NCBI GenBank assembly: GCA_977862235.1
Contig: OZ374557.1
Span: 1 to 64,000, forward strand
Source of the DNA: Dudresnaya verticillata
Lineage: Eukaryota
DNA length: 64,000 nucleotides
Reading direction: 5' to 3'
A program made the translations under genes and the position numbers. Under the pieces are notes generated by a model. It had not been told where the DNA came from. It searched no databases and was given only the letters and a program-made list of their open reading frames with translations. Shown here one piece after another: positions 62,368 through 64,000 of the stretch; within the stretch, counting starts at the first letter, position 1, and each line of letters starts with the position of its first letter.

Positions 62368-64000
62368 ATGTTTCGCATTACCGTTTTCCTTCTGGTTCAT
62401 GCTTCGCTTTCACTTTCGTTTTCGACAAGCTGGCACCATGCCGCTCTAGGTCGTGTGCTGTGGGCGACCATTGTGCCGAGCTCTACGGATGCGCTGGTGA
62501 CGACACAAGCGGGTGTCGTAGCTCGTCTTTCGCTGGAGTCTGGCTCCTTGGTTTGGCTCAGTCCAATGCAGATGCGGATTCTTCGCGTGGCAAGATCCGC
62601 ATCTTTCCCGACGCTTGCAGTATTGCTTGAGAGTGGCCATGTCCGGGCAATATCGGTGGTAAATGGAAGTGTGTTGTGGACGCGCCGAGGATGCGATGTC
62701 TCCTCAAATGATGTCCAATTCGTTGTGTGGCCATGCACCCACGATGAGTCCAACGTGCTTGTGCATGCATGGACGGGGCTAGCTGTAACTTACAACGACG
62801 AAAACAGGACTAGGGAGAGTGTAGGTGTTTTGCAAGCAGAGCTGGAAACCGCCAACGGCGAACTCGCCTGGCGGTTTGCCGGGACAGTGTTGAGATCCGC
62901 CCCGGACGGTCGCTTGTGGGTAGATGGTGCTAACGGTGATGTGTGGGCACGGGAGGAAGGGCTGGCGCATCTGTTTGACGGTGCTTTTTACGAGTTCTCA
63001 GGTGAGTCGCTGTTCGTCGGATTGTCCACGCTTGGGTTACTGTACGGGCTCAACACGCAGAGAGGAGGGGAACTCCTGTGGAAGAATCATGTCGGAGAGA
63101 GACTCTGCGCTCTCGCCTCTGGCCACCGGGAGCTTGCTGTCGTCGTGTGCCGGCATGGCGAGGCCGGTAGCTTTGTCAAGGCAGTAAGCGTCGCGACGGG
63201 CGCTGGCATATTTGAGAAGGTCTTGTCCGGATTCCAGGCTGAGCAAGCTACCATTGATCGCAGGCAGAAGTGCGGGAGTGTTTGTGCTTACGTCGTGCTG
63301 GTGGATCGAGAGGGTTTCGAAAGGGGCATCGCGTTGCCGGGATGTGATGTCGTTCCGGATGGACAGGTCGACCGCGGCTGGCTGTCATACGGGGCTAGCG
63401 ACCACAAGGTGCACGGCTTGCCCACATGGAGCGGGAAGTGGGGTCTATCATTACCAAAACAAATTTTGGTTTCCACAGTCGCGGCGGATACGCGTCCATA
63501 CACTACAGGGAGGCATTTGCATGATCCCCCGGTGCGTGTGACAATGGGACGTGAACTCTGGCTCAAGTACGATGACGTAGATGTTCGTTTGGTGCTTTCA
63601 GAGGACAAAGAGAATATGCTGGTACACGCAATCCTATTGCATGCCCGAACAGGCTCAGTGCTGGACATTGCTACGCACTATAATGCCGTAGGTCCTGTTG
63701 CCGCTGTGAAGAGCAGTAATTGGTTTGTCTACAGCTTCTGGAGCACTCTTCTGCTGCACCAGGAAATCAACGTCATCGACCTGTACGAACCCCTCAATAA
63801 TATGCCTGCTATTCGCGATATGGTCCTTGGCATGGTTTGTTCAGCCGTCGGGCCTTTATCTGTGAACACTTTTTGTATGGGTACAGGCGTTTGTGGCGAG
63901 TTGCCCACGTGCATGTTGTCGACGTCTCGTTGGAATGGTAACGAGCTGAGGAGGCATCGAACTGAATCGGAAACACCCCTCAGGATGCCACGTATAATGA
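62368..64000 (+). CDS. EMC1: ER membrane protein complex subunit 1, running off the window (not in the ORF track)
   Basis: ATG at 62368 with a signal-peptide-like start. Motifs VTTQAGVVARLSLESGSLVW, VWAREEGLA, LYGLNTQRGGELLWK, LWLKY and RTGSV..H..AVGPV..VKSSNWFVYSFW..EINVIDLYE are all in one frame that reaches the window end. Confidence 0.85.
   Translation, partial: MFRITVFLLVHASLSLSFSTSWHHAALGRVLWATIVPSSTDALVTTQAGVVARLSLESGSLVWLSPMQMRILRVARSASFPTLAVLLESGHVRAISVVNGSVLWTRRGCDVSSNDVQFVVWPCTHDESNVLVHAWTGLAVTYNDENRTRESVGVLQAELETANGELAWRFAGTVLRSAPDGRLWVDGANGDVWAREEGLAHLFDGAFYEFSGESLFVGLSTLGLLYGLNTQRGGELLWKNHVGERLCALASGHRELAVVVCRHGEAGSFVKAVSVATGAGIFEKVLSGFQAEQATIDRRQKCGSVCAYVVLVDREGFERGIALPGCDVVPDGQVDRGWLSYGASDHKVHGLPTWSGKWGLSLPKQILVSTVAADTRPYTTGRHLHDPPVRVTMGRELWLKYDDVDVRLVLSEDKENMLVHAILLHARTGSVLDIATHYNAVGPVAAVKSSNWFVYSFWSTLLLHQEINVIDLYEPLNNMPAIRDMVLGMVCSAVGPLSVNTFCMGTGVCGELPTCMLSTSRWNGNELRRHRTESETPLRMPRIM

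Overview
Eukaryotic chromosome end. A red alga is my guess from the intron-poor genes, a cyanobacterial/plant-type HemD and the retroelement style; this is not proven. Layout: (1) 1-1314 is a telomere of (TTTAGGGG)n, joined directly into an open Pro/Ala/Lys-rich ORF. (2) About 3.7-11.7 kb is a mosaic of truncated or decayed host-gene fragments (HemD, mitochondrial intermediate peptidase, RPL3, others unidentified). (3) 12.7-18.4 kb is one intact, telomere-pointing ~1905-aa ORF combining Zn fingers, a tyrosine-recombinase-like catalytic pattern (R..K..R..H-x8-Y) and a RecQ-type helicase. About 17 copies of a 34-bp palindrome (CCGGATAGCACCG-TANNNNTA-CGGTGCTATCCGG, loxP-like 13-8-13 geometry) lie upstream, downstream and in-frame inside this gene, and upstream of the telomere-truncated ORF. 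I saw none beyond 19.4 kb. (4) About 19.7-59 kb is nested, decayed Ty1/copia and Ty3/gypsy LTR retrotransposons, two with chromodomains. (5) Ordinary host genes start at about 60.5 kb (a hypothetical gene, then EMC1). The best candidate for an undescribed system is the recombinase-helicase gene with its palindromic sites. All domain calls come from reading motifs by eye; no searches were run.
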